In this document: positions 20,416 to 29,671 of the stretch, piece after piece
Numbering within the stretch: the stretch's first letter is position 1
Layout: each line of letters starts with the position of its first letter
Assembly (NCBI GenBank): GCA_964619725.1
Contig: CAZUFC010000014.1
Span: 32,001-96,000 of the forward strand
Reading direction: 5' to 3'
Source: an uncultured bacterium
Lineage (GTDB): Bacteria; CSSED10-310; CAZUFC01
Length of the DNA stretch: 64,000 nt
Notes under the pieces: generated by a model
The model's input: the letters and a program-made list of their open reading frames with translations, nothing else
What the model was told of the DNA's origin: nothing
The model's database searches: none
Translations under genes and position numbers: made by a program

Positions 20416-21762
20416 TCATATCTTGTAGCCGAGATTCTTCAATGCATCCATCAGCTCGAATTCATCAGGCGGTCGAGGAAGGGAATCGCTGTCGAACAGA
20501 TCGGTTCTTTTTCCGTAAGTGGCCACGGTCGGCTTCTCTTTTTGCCGCAGTATTTCCCCGGAGAAAAGCGAATAAAGGGGCTGTTCGCTCCAGTCTTCCG
20601 CTGTCGGCAGATCGAACAGGGTCATCAGGGTGGGCGCAATTTGTAGAATATTGCCCTGAATTCTTCTTCCCTGACGGAACTGCGGACCCGCGGCGAGAAT
20701 TATGCCCTGAAGATGATGGGTTCCGGGAGTCGGCAGAAGGATAAACGGCATTCTCCATTTCGATGCGTCTATTTTTTTGGAAGCGTTTTCGTTGGCTTCC
20801 AGGGCTTCGAGGTATCCCGGAGTCATCTGGAAGCCGTGGTCCGAGATGATCATGAAGTGAGTCTGAGACTGCGCTGTACTGATAAAAGATTCAAGAAGGG
20901 AATCGGAGTATCTGTAGTAGCGGCTTACTTTTATTTTATCGGGCCAGTATGGATGACTGCAGGCGTCGATGCCCTGGAGATACAAACCGAAAACCTGCGG
21001 CTGGTACTTCTCCAGGACGTATTTCGCATGATTCGCATAGCTTTGGTCCCTGGCATAAAACCAGTCTTCCGGGATGAGCTGCAGGAAATTCATGATCTCT
21101 TCCGGTATATTCGATCCGGTACGGTTGAGAAATTCTATTTCCTGCATTAATTCCGCCGGATACGTCCTGTAAGGCAGACTCTCCCTTTCATCCTGACTCA
21201 ATTCTCTCAACGCCAGCTTCTTCCGGAAAGGCCAGGCCAGGCTGGATACCGTTGTACCCTTGACTCGCTCAGAAGGCCACGATGCCCACCACGCCACGAA
21301 AGAGGAACTCAAATCATACGAATTGAAAATGTTCCACAATGCCGGCACCAGACGCTTATCTCCGGTTATCAGCCGTTTGCGAATCTCGCCGTCCACTATT
21401 ATCTTCTCAGCAAAATCCTCTATCCCATGCCTCTCCGGAGAAACTCCCGTAACAGCAGAAGTCCATATCCGAGGGGACAGCATAGGCTTTATGCTCTCCA
21501 GAGTCCCCCACGCTCCCGCTTCAGACAATCCTGTCAGATTCGGGGTCTTGCCCATTCTCATCAAAGGATGAAGAATGTCCCAGGATGCCCCGTCAAGACC
21601 TATGAAACGTAAGCTGACCGTCGTTGCCTCCGCAGCTTCCTCCTCGCGCAACGACTCGCCCCAATCACACGACGTCCATAAAACGACAAGATACATTGGA
21701 ACCGAAATGTATAATATTAGGCTCCGCTTTACTGAAAAAAGCTTATGCCTGATGCTTTTCAT
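20416..21762 (-). CDS. Alkaline phosphatase superfamily (type I phosphodiesterase-like) protein
   Basis: IGLDGASW, LSPRIWTSAVTG, SDHGF, LKNLGY; paralogous to the catalytic part of 7168-9768. Confidence 0.85.
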   Translation of the reverse strand: MKSIRHKLFSVKRSLILYISVPMYLVVLWTSCDWGESLREEEAAEATTVSLRFIGLDGASWDILHPLMRMGKTPNLTGLSEAGAWGTLESIKPMLSPRIWTSAVTGVSPERHGIEDFAEKIIVDGEIRKRLITGDKRLVPALWNIFNSYDLSSSFVAWWASWPSERVKGTTVSSLAWPFRKKLALRELSQDERESLPYRTYPAELMQEIEFLNRTGSNIPEEIMNFLQLIPEDWFYARDQSYANHAKYVLEKYQPQVFGLYLQGIDACSHPYWPDKIKVSRYYRYSDSLLESFISTAQSQTHFMIISDHGFQMTPGYLEALEANENASKKIDASKWRMPFILLPTPGTHHLQGIILAAGPQFRQGRRIQGNILQIAPTLMTLFDLPTAEDWSEQPLYSLFSGEILRQKEKPTVATYGKRTDLFDSDSLPRPPDEFELMDALKNLGYKI

Positions 21763-22657
21763 TTATGAAAACTACTTCAAGCTCCTCCAGAACATCAAAA
21801 TAAAATCTTAACTTCCCCAGACGCAGCGTTTCGGAAAAAAATTTGATTACCGCATTCAGTCTGTCTGCCGAAAAATAATGTTCCAGCCTGTTAAGGAAAA
21901 TGTTCAGCGTCAAATATGTCCCGGACGTTCCCATTTTAAGAACCCGAAATCCTTTCTGCTCCAGCATCTTCCTCATCGTGGCGCGTGTAAAATAAAACAG
22001 GTGTTCCGTCGGCTTCAACTGAATCCAGTTTATTCCGAATATCCTGGGTGAAATCGCTTTGGCATCCGGTACCCGGACATAACCGATCCCATCTTTCTTC
22101 AATACACGTCTGACCTTCTCAAGCGCGGCCGAAGGATCAAGCATATGCTCAATCGAATCACCCATGTGCACTACGTCAAATGAATCATCCTCATACGGCG
22201 CTTCCAGAAAGTCCCCTATCTGTATCTCAAATCCCAGATTCTCCTTCACCCAGTCATGCAGAAACGGAGAAACATCAATCCCCGACGGATTCCAACCCCT
22301 GCTCTTCGCCACCTCAAGAAAATCCCCTATGGAACAACCCACATCCAGTATATCTCCCTTCTGAGGATAATATTTCTCCAGCAATTTGAGCCGATGCGCA
22401 AAAGTCTTCTTGTTGGCGTGAGAAGTCAGAAAATAATAATCGAAATATTCTGAATCGTAAATATTGTTGGGATTGGGATCGTTGATGCGAGGATTGACGT
22501 ATATCAACCCGCACTCCTTGCACTCAACAATATTCATGCCGTCCTTGTGGTAATAAATTTTCGTATTATCCGCTTCGCACAAATTACAGCGAATATATTC
22601 CATGTTCTGCCTTGCGGCTGTCGTCTTCTCTTCGTTCTTTATTTCTGTCTGTTTCAA
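21743..22657 (-). CDS. Class I SAM-dependent methyltransferase with N-terminal Zn-binding Cys pairs
   Basis: CNLC...CKEC, ILDVGCSIG, SIEHMLDP, EHLFYF. Confidence 0.9.
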   Translation of the reverse strand: MKQTEIKNEEKTTAARQNMEYIRCNLCEADNTKIYYHKDGMNIVECKECGLIYVNPRINDPNPNNIYDSEYFDYYFLTSHANKKTFAHRLKLLEKYYPQKGDILDVGCSIGDFLEVAKSRGWNPSGIDVSPFLHDWVKENLGFEIQIGDFLEAPYEDDSFDVVHMGDSIEHMLDPSAALEKVRRVLKKDGIGYVRVPDAKAISPRIFGINWIQLKPTEHLFYFTRATMRKMLEQKGFRVLKMGTSGTYLTLNIFLNRLEHYFSADRLNAVIKFFSETLRLGKLRFYFDVLEELEVVFINEKHQA

Positions 22658-22810
22658 TCCGGGACCTCATTTTCTTGCAAATTAAACTACTGAAATTCCA
22701 GCGCTCCGGCTCTCACCGTCTACAACTTTTTAAATCACTTCACGATGAAAATCAAGAATTACTCGGAAAAAAAAGAATTTTTTCAAAAATTTTACCGATG
22801 GCTTGCAAGA

Positions 22811-22880
22811 AGGGAAGAATGGGTGGATGGATGGGCGGAAGAAAAGAGCGGCTGATGGAAGAGATGAATTGAGAGAGTTA
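22811..22880 (+). repeat. Purine-rich 8-nt periodic repeat, family C copy 1
   Basis: GGAAGAAT GGGTGGAT GGATGGGC GGAAGAAA...; related inverted copy at 29561-29640. Confidence 0.6.
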
Positions 22881-22990
22881 TGGAGCGAATTTCTCATAAA
22901 TTACGGTCATGAGAAACTCCAGATTCCAGCAGAATCAGGCGATCCTGGTTTCGAAGGCAGTATATTTTCAGTTTTAATCTTGAAAATGTG

Positions 22991-23019
22991 TTGACTTCAT
23001 ATTGAATTATGAATAAATT
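22991..23019 (+). promoter_or_regulatory. Putative sigma70 promoter of the rpmH operon
   Basis: TTGACT (22991-22996), 17 nt, TAAATT (23014-23019). Confidence 0.5.
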
Positions 23020-23077
23020 CTACTCCGGTTGGAATCCGGGTTGAAGCGAAAACCGGCATTGAGGAGGTGAAACCGGA

Positions 23078-23212
23078 ATGAAAAGAACATATCAGCCCAG
23101 TCGAATAAAACGGAAGAGGACGCACGGTTTCCGGGCGAGGATGAAAACTCGCGGAGGAAGGAAAATACTGAACCGGCGCCGTCGGCGGGGCCGGAAAAGA
23201 TTGACGGTTTAA
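23078..23212 (+). CDS. rpmH: 50S ribosomal protein L34
   Basis: Below ORF-track cutoff; hand translation [53 protein letters not shown]. Confidence 0.98.
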   Translation: MKRTYQPSRIKRKRTHGFRARMKTRGGRKILNRRRRRGRKRLTV

Positions 23213-23247
23213 GACGCACCGGGGAGTGATACCGAACGCGAAGCGAA

Positions 23248-23577
23248 CTGGAGACAATAAAAAAGCGAAGCGATTTCGTCAGAACTTATAAGCAGGGAGG
23301 AAAGTTAAATTCTTCCCTGTGGGTGCTTTTTTATTTGGAGAACGTTGAGGGCAAGCGGAGATTCGGGTTTACGGTATCGAAAAAGATTGGCAAGGCTTGC
23401 GTCAGGAACAAGGTGCGCCGGCGATTAAAAGAGGCAGTAAGATTGATGTTAAAAGAGCATGAAGAGATCGCCGGTTATGATGTGGTGATTGTGGCTAAGC
23501 GCGGATTGAGAGACGTTGCCTTTTCCCGGATATGTACAAAATTGCAGCGGGATTTTTCAAAAATCGGATTGCTATAA
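23248..23577 (+). CDS. rnpA: Ribonuclease P protein component (start codon uncertain)
   Basis: RFGFTVSKKIGKACVRNKVRRRLKE (RNR motif); frame extends upstream of GTG 23323 as LETIKKRSDFVRTYKQG to a TGA at 23227. Confidence 0.92.
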   Translation: METIKKRSDFVRTYKQGGKLNSSLWVLFYLENVEGKRRFGFTVSKKIGKACVRNKVRRRLKEAVRLMLKEHEEIAGYDVVIVAKRGLRDVAFSRICTKLQRDFSKIGLL

Positions 23578-23586
23578 AGAGATATT

Positions 23587-23835
23587 TTGAGAAAACTGAT
23601 CATCGGGACAATAAAGATATATAAAAAAGTATTATCGCCTTTAATGCCGAGGGCTTGCCGATTCAGTCCTACGTGCTCGGAATTTTTTATAGAGGCTTTG
23701 GAGGAGCATGGAACGATTCGGGGAAGTTTTTTGGGAATAAAACGGATATTGCGTTGCCATCCTTTGCATCCCGGCGGATACGATCCAGTACCGAAAAAGA
23801 GAATTGTTACGGAAAAATCGAGTATAACAGAATAA
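23587..23835 (+). CDS. yidD: Membrane protein insertion efficiency factor YidD
   Basis: CRFSPTCSE, RILRCHPLHPGGYDPVP; synteny. Confidence 0.95.
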   Translation: MRKLIIGTIKIYKKVLSPLMPRACRFSPTCSEFFIEALEEHGTIRGSFLGIKRILRCHPLHPGGYDPVPKKRIVTEKSSITE

Positions 23836-23851
23836 GGAGAGACGATTCCTC

Positions 23852-25624
23852 ATGGAAAAACGTGCGATGTTGACATTTGTTCTTATCATGCTTTTATGGG
23901 TGGGATACTATTATTTTTTTCTAATGCCCCAGCAACAGGAGCTTCAGCGCCGTCAGCAGACGACGGCGGAGGAGCAGACGGGATTGAGGTCTCCGACGGC
24001 GATTCCATTTGCAGAAACCGACGTGGAAGGGATGGTGGAGTATATTCCTCCTGAAGAGGAAGCATCAACCGGCGAAAAGGAAGCTGCTGCTGAAGGCGCA
24101 GAGGAATCGTTCACGGAAGCGGCGCTGTCGGGATATGCTGCCGAGGAACGCATAATAAGAGTGGAAACGAAATATTACAAAGCCGAGATAAGCAATCTCG
24201 GCGGAACGATCAGGAGTTGGTGCCTGAAGGAGTACGGCAACGGATATACAGGAGAAGAATGTTTTGAGATGTTGCCTGAGGATGAGAGTTTAACGGGAGG
24301 TTATCCTCTTCTTGTGACTTTCGACAGTGGGGAATTACAGGAATCCTTCGAGGAGAGGCTTTATCGATTTGATTCAGAAAGGGATATCATTCTGGACGAG
24401 AGGAATCCTGAAGAGCAGATTGAGTTGACTGTCCGTGATTCCAGGGGCAGGCGGTTCATCAAGACCCTGGTTTTTCATTATGATTCCTATCTGGTTGACA
24501 TTTCGACGACGCTTGAAAACGGAGACGACGAACCTGTCGGAGGGCGCTATACGTTAAATATAGGCGGCCCGTTGCGGGCTGAAGGCGAAGAGGAGGCGGC
24601 CACAAGGCGGCGCTCATTCAGCGGACCTATGGCGTATCAGAATGAAGAGCTTCAGAAAATCAAAGTGAGCAAGCTGGACCTGCCGACTCCTTATACAGGC
24701 GATATTCCCTGGGCTGCAGTATCGGATGCTTATTTCTGTTCGGCGCTCATACCTGAAAATCCTTCCAGGAAAATGATCAAGGTTTATCCGGGCGTCGACA
24801 AAGAGAATTACAGGATAGGATACGTGCTCGGTGCGCCGGAGTTGCCGGGACGGAGGAAGACGACCGGCAAATTATCCCTGTATATGGGCCCGAAGGACCT
24901 GGACAGATTGAAGGAGATCGGACATCAATTACACAGGATAGTGGATTTCGGTTTTTTCGGCTTTCTTGCCCGCCCTTTGCTTGATATACTGAAGTTTACC
25001 TACAGATTCACCGGCAATTACGGAGTAAGCATCATTATCCTTACGATACTGATCAAAGTTTTATTTTTTCCTTTGTCCCGCAAGCAGATGCAATCGATGA
25101 GCAAAATGCAGCAATTGCAGCCTGAGATCAACCGTTTGAGGGAAAAATACAAATCCGATCCCAAGCGATTGAACGAGGAAACCATGCGAATGTATAAGGA
25201 GCATAACGTCAATCCTTTAGGAGGATGTTTGCCGGTATTAGTTCAGATTCCGGTATTCTTCGCGCTTTACCAGGTCCTGTTGAATTCCATCGAGCTGAGG
25301 CATGCACCCTTTTTTTTCTGGATTCATGATTTATCGGCGAGAGACCCTTATTACATAACCCCTATTATGATGGGAGCCTCCATGTTCATACAGCAGCACA
25401 TGACCCCGACAACAGGGGCATCAAGCCAGACTCAATTCCTCAAATTCATGCCTCTGATTTTTACTTTCCTTTTCCTGAACTTTCCTACAGGTCTGGTCAT
25501 TTATTGGTTGTCGAACAATCTGCTGACGATCGGACAACAAGTCATAACCATGAAAATTCAAAAAAAGACTCCCGACAAAGCAGCAAAAAGGGGTAACTCG
25601 AAATTAATCCGGCGCCGTGAATAA
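23852..25624 (+). CDS. yidC: Membrane protein insertase YidC
   Basis: Periplasmic domain, GNYGVSIIILT, NPLGGCLPVLVQIPVF, GLVIYW. Confidence 0.97.
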   Translation: MEKRAMLTFVLIMLLWVGYYYFFLMPQQQELQRRQQTTAEEQTGLRSPTAIPFAETDVEGMVEYIPPEEEASTGEKEAAAEGAEESFTEAALSGYAAEERIIRVETKYYKAEISNLGGTIRSWCLKEYGNGYTGEECFEMLPEDESLTGGYPLLVTFDSGELQESFEERLYRFDSERDIILDERNPEEQIELTVRDSRGRRFIKTLVFHYDSYLVDISTTLENGDDEPVGGRYTLNIGGPLRAEGEEEAATRRRSFSGPMAYQNEELQKIKVSKLDLPTPYTGDIPWAAVSDAYFCSALIPENPSRKMIKVYPGVDKENYRIGYVLGAPELPGRRKTTGKLSLYMGPKDLDRLKEIGHQLHRIVDFGFFGFLARPLLDILKFTYRFTGNYGVSIIILTILIKVLFFPLSRKQMQSMSKMQQLQPEINRLREKYKSDPKRLNEETMRMYKEHNVNPLGGCLPVLVQIPVFFALYQVLLNSIELRHAPFFFWIHDLSARDPYYITPIMMGASMFIQQHMTPTTGASSQTQFLKFMPLIFTFLFLNFPTGLVIYWLSNNLLTIGQQVITMKIQKKTPDKAAKRGNSKLIRRRE

Positions 25625-25661
25625 ATTTGCCGGCGTCCCCTGCTGGAATGAGGTGATGGGC

Positions 25662-26303
25662 ATGATTGAAATTGAAGAAACGGGCGAAACGCCAGAATCG
25701 GCTTTACAAAAAATCCTGGAAAATGTGAACTTGGATGAAAGAGATGTAAAATATGAAGTCCTGGAAGAAGGCAGAAAAGGACTGCTGGGATTCGGGAAAA
25801 AGGAGGCGCGCGTCAAGGTCAGTTATGAACCGGCTGACCTGGCCCAGAAGGAGGCAAAAAACATATTGCTGACCATTCTCAATAAAATGAACATCCAGGC
25901 CGATGCCGAAGCCTTCGAAAAAGAAGGCAGAATTCATCTCGACATAAAAAGCGAACAGAACAACCGCATCATAGGCAGAAAAGGAAGGACCATCGATGCA
26001 TTGCAGCACATCGTCAATCGAATGGTCAACCGGCGCATCGACGAGAAAATGATCCTCATCATCGATGCTCAGAACTACAGGGAAAGAAAACGGGATAAAT
26101 TAACGTCCATGGCATTGCGCATGGCCGAAGAAGCCAAAAAAAAGAATAAAACGCTGACCTGCCCCCCTTATGCTCCCTTTGACAGGCGCATTATCCACCT
26201 CGCCCTGCAGAAAGACCCCCTTGTTAAAACGGTCAGCAAAGGGGACGGTTACCTGCGAAGAGTATTAATCAGTCCTGCAAAACAGAAAAGAAATCGCCGC
26301 TGA
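25662..26303 (+). CDS. jag: RNA-binding protein Jag/EloR (KhpB)
   Basis: Jag_N (KGLLGFGKK), KH (IIGRKGRTIDALQ), R3H (RRIIH); start placed after GAGGTG. Confidence 0.92.
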   Translation: MIEIEETGETPESALQKILENVNLDERDVKYEVLEEGRKGLLGFGKKEARVKVSYEPADLAQKEAKNILLTILNKMNIQADAEAFEKEGRIHLDIKSEQNNRIIGRKGRTIDALQHIVNRMVNRRIDEKMILIIDAQNYRERKRDKLTSMALRMAEEAKKKNKTLTCPPYAPFDRRIIHLALQKDPLVKTVSKGDGYLRRVLISPAKQKRNRR

Positions 26304-26507
26304 TTTGATCGCCGGAGAAAATATGGTCCTTTTCGGAACGAAGCGGTCTGCCCTGTTTCTAGCCCTACTCCTTTGCAGAAGACCGGCGCCGGAAAAGAAG
26401 CCCCATCTTGCATCCTGAACTGATTTCAAAGCGCCCAGCAATACAAACTTGAAAAAAAATCCGTAATATAGTTCAATTATAAGCGGCGTTGACCGGGGGC
26501 GATTAAA

Positions 26508-27803
26508 ATGGAAAAAATCAATTATAATTCGGCTTTGGCAATCCTCATGGGTATTTCCTCCAGAACTGCAGAGTTCCTGGGGATATGGGAGCTTTCGGGC
26601 ATATCGGCTGTGAAATCGGCCCATTACTATTGGGATGCTCATCAATTTGAAAAAGCGGAAAGGCAATTCAAAAAGGCAGTAGAAATATTTAAAAGCAAAA
26701 AACGGAATAAACCTCACCTGCAGGAAAAACCTCTGGATGCCCTGGATGAACTTTACAATATTACGAACAAGCATATGAAACGTTTTCATATTCTGCAGCA
26801 GAAGTTGTCCTACCATCAAAAAACAAATTCCCAACTCGGACAGATAAGGGATTACATCGGGATAGCTCAATGTTTTCACAAACAACATGAATACGACAAG
26901 GCATCTAAATATTACGATAAGGCGCTCGAAACAGCGGAGGAATACTTCGTTTCAGAGGCGCTGATTGATTTGTACATTGAATCGGCGCCAGCGTTTGCCT
27001 CAGCCGGACGTATCGCCAAAAGCGAAAAACTGCTGAAGAAAGCCAGAAAACTGTCCATAAAAATCGACGATCCTGTCCGCATCGCTCTGACAGCTCATCA
27101 GCAGGGACTGATAAAAATGCGCAACAACCAGGTTCAACCTGCCGTGACCTCTTTAAAGGAAGCGATAAAAATATTAAAAAACAAACGGGAATACATCTAT
27201 CTGGGGATGTTCAACGAAGACCTGGCCGGCATTTTTTCAGGGCTGAACGACAAAGGTAATGAAATGCGATATCTGTCGCAGGCCCTGCTGTATTACAGCA
27301 AGAGCGTCAGTTTATCCAAAGCGGTCCAGATCGGTTCCCGCCTGGCCGAATTATATTGCAGCGCCGGCGACGTTTATGAAGGCTTGCTCGTTCTTAATAA
27401 ACTCACCGAAAAATGCAAACTCACGAAACAATATGAACTTTGCAAGGATTTGAAACAAACAGCGGACATGCTGGCGGAAAAATACAAATGTTTCTCCGGA
27501 ACCGATTCTCATCTTTCAGGACTGGCCAGGGAAGCATTTGATTCTCTTGATTTTGAAGAAAAGAAAACGCCGGCGGTAAGAGCGGAAAAATACGTTCAAA
27601 AAACAGCCGCCGGTCAGTTCGTAGGCGCTTCAAAAGCTTCGTCTCACGAAAACCGGAAAAAAAGCGATGCTCAGAAAACCGAAAAAGAACGCAACAAAAA
27701 TGAAAAAGGACCGGAAGTCATTCATATAAAAGAAGAAGATGCGCAAAAAATCCTGAACGAATACGAAAATAAAATAAAGGGCGGGCGCCAGAAGCGAAAA
27801 TGA
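26508..27803 (+). CDS. TPR-repeat protein
   Basis: Repeating helical TPR-like units (A..YY.KAL), charged low-complexity tail. Confidence 0.65.
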   Translation: MEKINYNSALAILMGISSRTAEFLGIWELSGISAVKSAHYYWDAHQFEKAERQFKKAVEIFKSKKRNKPHLQEKPLDALDELYNITNKHMKRFHILQQKLSYHQKTNSQLGQIRDYIGIAQCFHKQHEYDKASKYYDKALETAEEYFVSEALIDLYIESAPAFASAGRIAKSEKLLKKARKLSIKIDDPVRIALTAHQQGLIKMRNNQVQPAVTSLKEAIKILKNKREYIYLGMFNEDLAGIFSGLNDKGNEMRYLSQALLYYSKSVSLSKAVQIGSRLAELYCSAGDVYEGLLVLNKLTEKCKLTKQYELCKDLKQTADMLAEKYKCFSGTDSHLSGLAREAFDSLDFEEKKTPAVRAEKYVQKTAAGQFVGASKASSHENRKKSDAQKTEKERNKNEKGPEVIHIKEEDAQKILNEYENKIKGGRQKRK

Positions 27804-28987
27804 TGCCGGAAAAATACAATTCACCGGACCGACCCGGACCGGTACCGGGAATGCCTTCTCGTGTTCAAATGCTGAAAAATATGGCTGTCGGGCTTGCGCC
27901 TCTCATCATATTCGTCATCGTCGATGCCTGGGCGCAAAACGCTTATGATGAAACGACCTCTTTGAAATTAGCGCTGGGTGCGGCATTGATCCTGGGCACG
28001 GCTCAATTCATATATTTTTGGGCGCGCGATGGAAAACCCGAACCTTTCATATTGGCGGACACCGGGCTGCTTCTGGTCATGGGACTGATATCGCTCATTT
28101 TGCAGAAGGACATCTTTTTTAAATTAAAACCCGCCATTATTGAAGCTATCCTGCTCATAATAATCGGCCTGACGGCTTTTTCAACCAGCGATATGTTGTT
28201 GAAAATGACCTCCCGGTATATGAAAGAGGTCCGGTTCAACCAGGCGCAAATCGAATCTATGCGGCGCATGATGCGGACATTCTTCTTTTGTTTGCTGATT
28301 CATACTGCGCTTATCGTCTACGCCGCTTTTTATTTGAGTCGTGAAATGTGGGCGTTTATCAGCGGCGGACTTTTCTATATCTTTATGGGGGTCGCATTGC
28401 TGTATGAATTTATCAAGGCAAGAATTTCTCAGGGCGCTATGAAGAGAAAATACAAATCAGAAGAATGGCTGGATATAGTCGATTCGCAGGGAAAAACCGT
28501 CGGTTCAGCGCCCAGATCAGTATGTCATCAGAATCCGAATTTGATTCATCAGGCCGTGCATTTGCACGTCATTGATTCTCAAGGACGGATATATCTGCAG
28601 AAAAGGTCCCCGAATAAAACCGTACAACCCCGGAAATGGGATACGGCAGTCGGCGGTCATGTAGTCAGGGGCGAATCAATTGAAAACGCGCTCACAAGAG
28701 AAATCAGAGAAGAACTGGGAATGCAGCGCCTGCCTCATGAACCGCTTTTTCGTTACCTTTGGCGCACCGATATTGAATCGGAACTGGTCATCGCTTTTCG
28801 CGGCTTCTCCAACGGTCCCTTTACGCACCCTGAGGCAGAAATAGAAGAGGGAAAATTCTGGTCGGTCGATGAAATAGACGCAAACCTGGATACAGGAATT
28901 TTCACGCCGAACTTTGAACATGAATACAGGGTGATGAAATCCAACGGAATTGTTGCGACTAACGATACGATGAACAATGATGAGTGA
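27800..28987 (+). CDS. IspZ/YciB-like membrane domain fused to a NUDIX hydrolase
   Basis: TM domain with DIFFKLKPAI; Nudix box GGHVVRGESIENALTREIREELG; IDI-like HQAVHLHV and LQKRS. Confidence 0.85.
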   Translation: MMPEKYNSPDRPGPVPGMPSRVQMLKNMAVGLAPLIIFVIVDAWAQNAYDETTSLKLALGAALILGTAQFIYFWARDGKPEPFILADTGLLLVMGLISLILQKDIFFKLKPAIIEAILLIIIGLTAFSTSDMLLKMTSRYMKEVRFNQAQIESMRRMMRTFFFCLLIHTALIVYAAFYLSREMWAFISGGLFYIFMGVALLYEFIKARISQGAMKRKYKSEEWLDIVDSQGKTVGSAPRSVCHQNPNLIHQAVHLHVIDSQGRIYLQKRSPNKTVQPRKWDTAVGGHVVRGESIENALTREIREELGMQRLPHEPLFRYLWRTDIESELVIAFRGFSNGPFTHPEAEIEEGKFWSVDEIDANLDTGIFTPNFEHEYRVMKSNGIVATNDTMNNDE

Positions 28988-29077
28988 AAACCGCGGAGCA
29001 AGCTGACGCCTTGTCCTCCTGCAGTCTCGTGACGTCCGTCAATAAAAAGTTTGCGAAGGGCTCTGACCCCATTCCGG

Positions 29078-29228
29078 AATCAAACCGATAATACACTTCT
29101 TTCAAAACTTTTGACAGTTGTTTCAATAATCAGGGTCGGGGTCGGTATCGGTATCGCAATCGAAACAAAATGACGGGAGATTCTGTCAAATTGAAACCTC
29201 AAAAGAAGCATTTTTGAGGAATACCCAA
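29078..29228 (+). repeat. Dispersed intergenic element family A, copy 3
   Basis: TCAAAACTTTTGACAGTTGTTTC...GGGGTCGGTATCGGTATCGCAATCGAAACAAAAT, then CTCAAAAGAAGCATTTTTGAG palindrome. Confidence 0.8.
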
Positions 29229-29560
29229 AAAACTTTAAAAATGCATTCGTCGTCGTGATCGTTGTCGTTGTCGAATTTAAACATGACGCCATTCAGGCGA
29301 AATTGAATTCAAAAGTCATTTTGCACAGTATTCAGACAACGACGACAATTCATCAGCTAACATATTGAAAAGTAATGCAGCAAAGCTTATCCTAATACGT
29401 ATTCCGCTGGCGGAGGGATTTAGTGGGGGCTAAAAACCGCCCAATTATTATGCCGTGTTGTAATACAAGAAAATCAAAATATTTCAATAAATTGTGACAT
29501 GCTTGTTAAGAGCTCTGAACTTGAAACATCTCCATTACCCGCTGATACCAATGACCGACC

Positions 29561-29640
29561 AATAGCTATTCTTCCAGTCTTCCACACTGCCGTCTTTCTC
29601 CCCATCCATTCTTCCAGTCCTCCAATCCTTCCATCCCTCT
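29561..29640 (-). repeat. Purine-rich 8-nt periodic repeat, family C copy 2
   Basis: Reverse complement GGAAGGATTGGAGGACTGGAAGAATGGATGGGAGAAAGACGGC...GGAAGACTGGAAGAAT. Confidence 0.6.
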
Positions 29641-29671
29641 TTTCACTCTCTGTGATCATCATGACCGGCTA

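Noticed and set aside
22658-23077. oriC next to rpmH
   Set aside because: No dnaA and no recognisable DnaA-box cluster.
23068-23229. Thermus-style rnpA fully overlapping rpmH
   Set aside because: The rnpA frame is open through rpmH but bounded by TGA at 23068 and 23227, with no canonical start codon.
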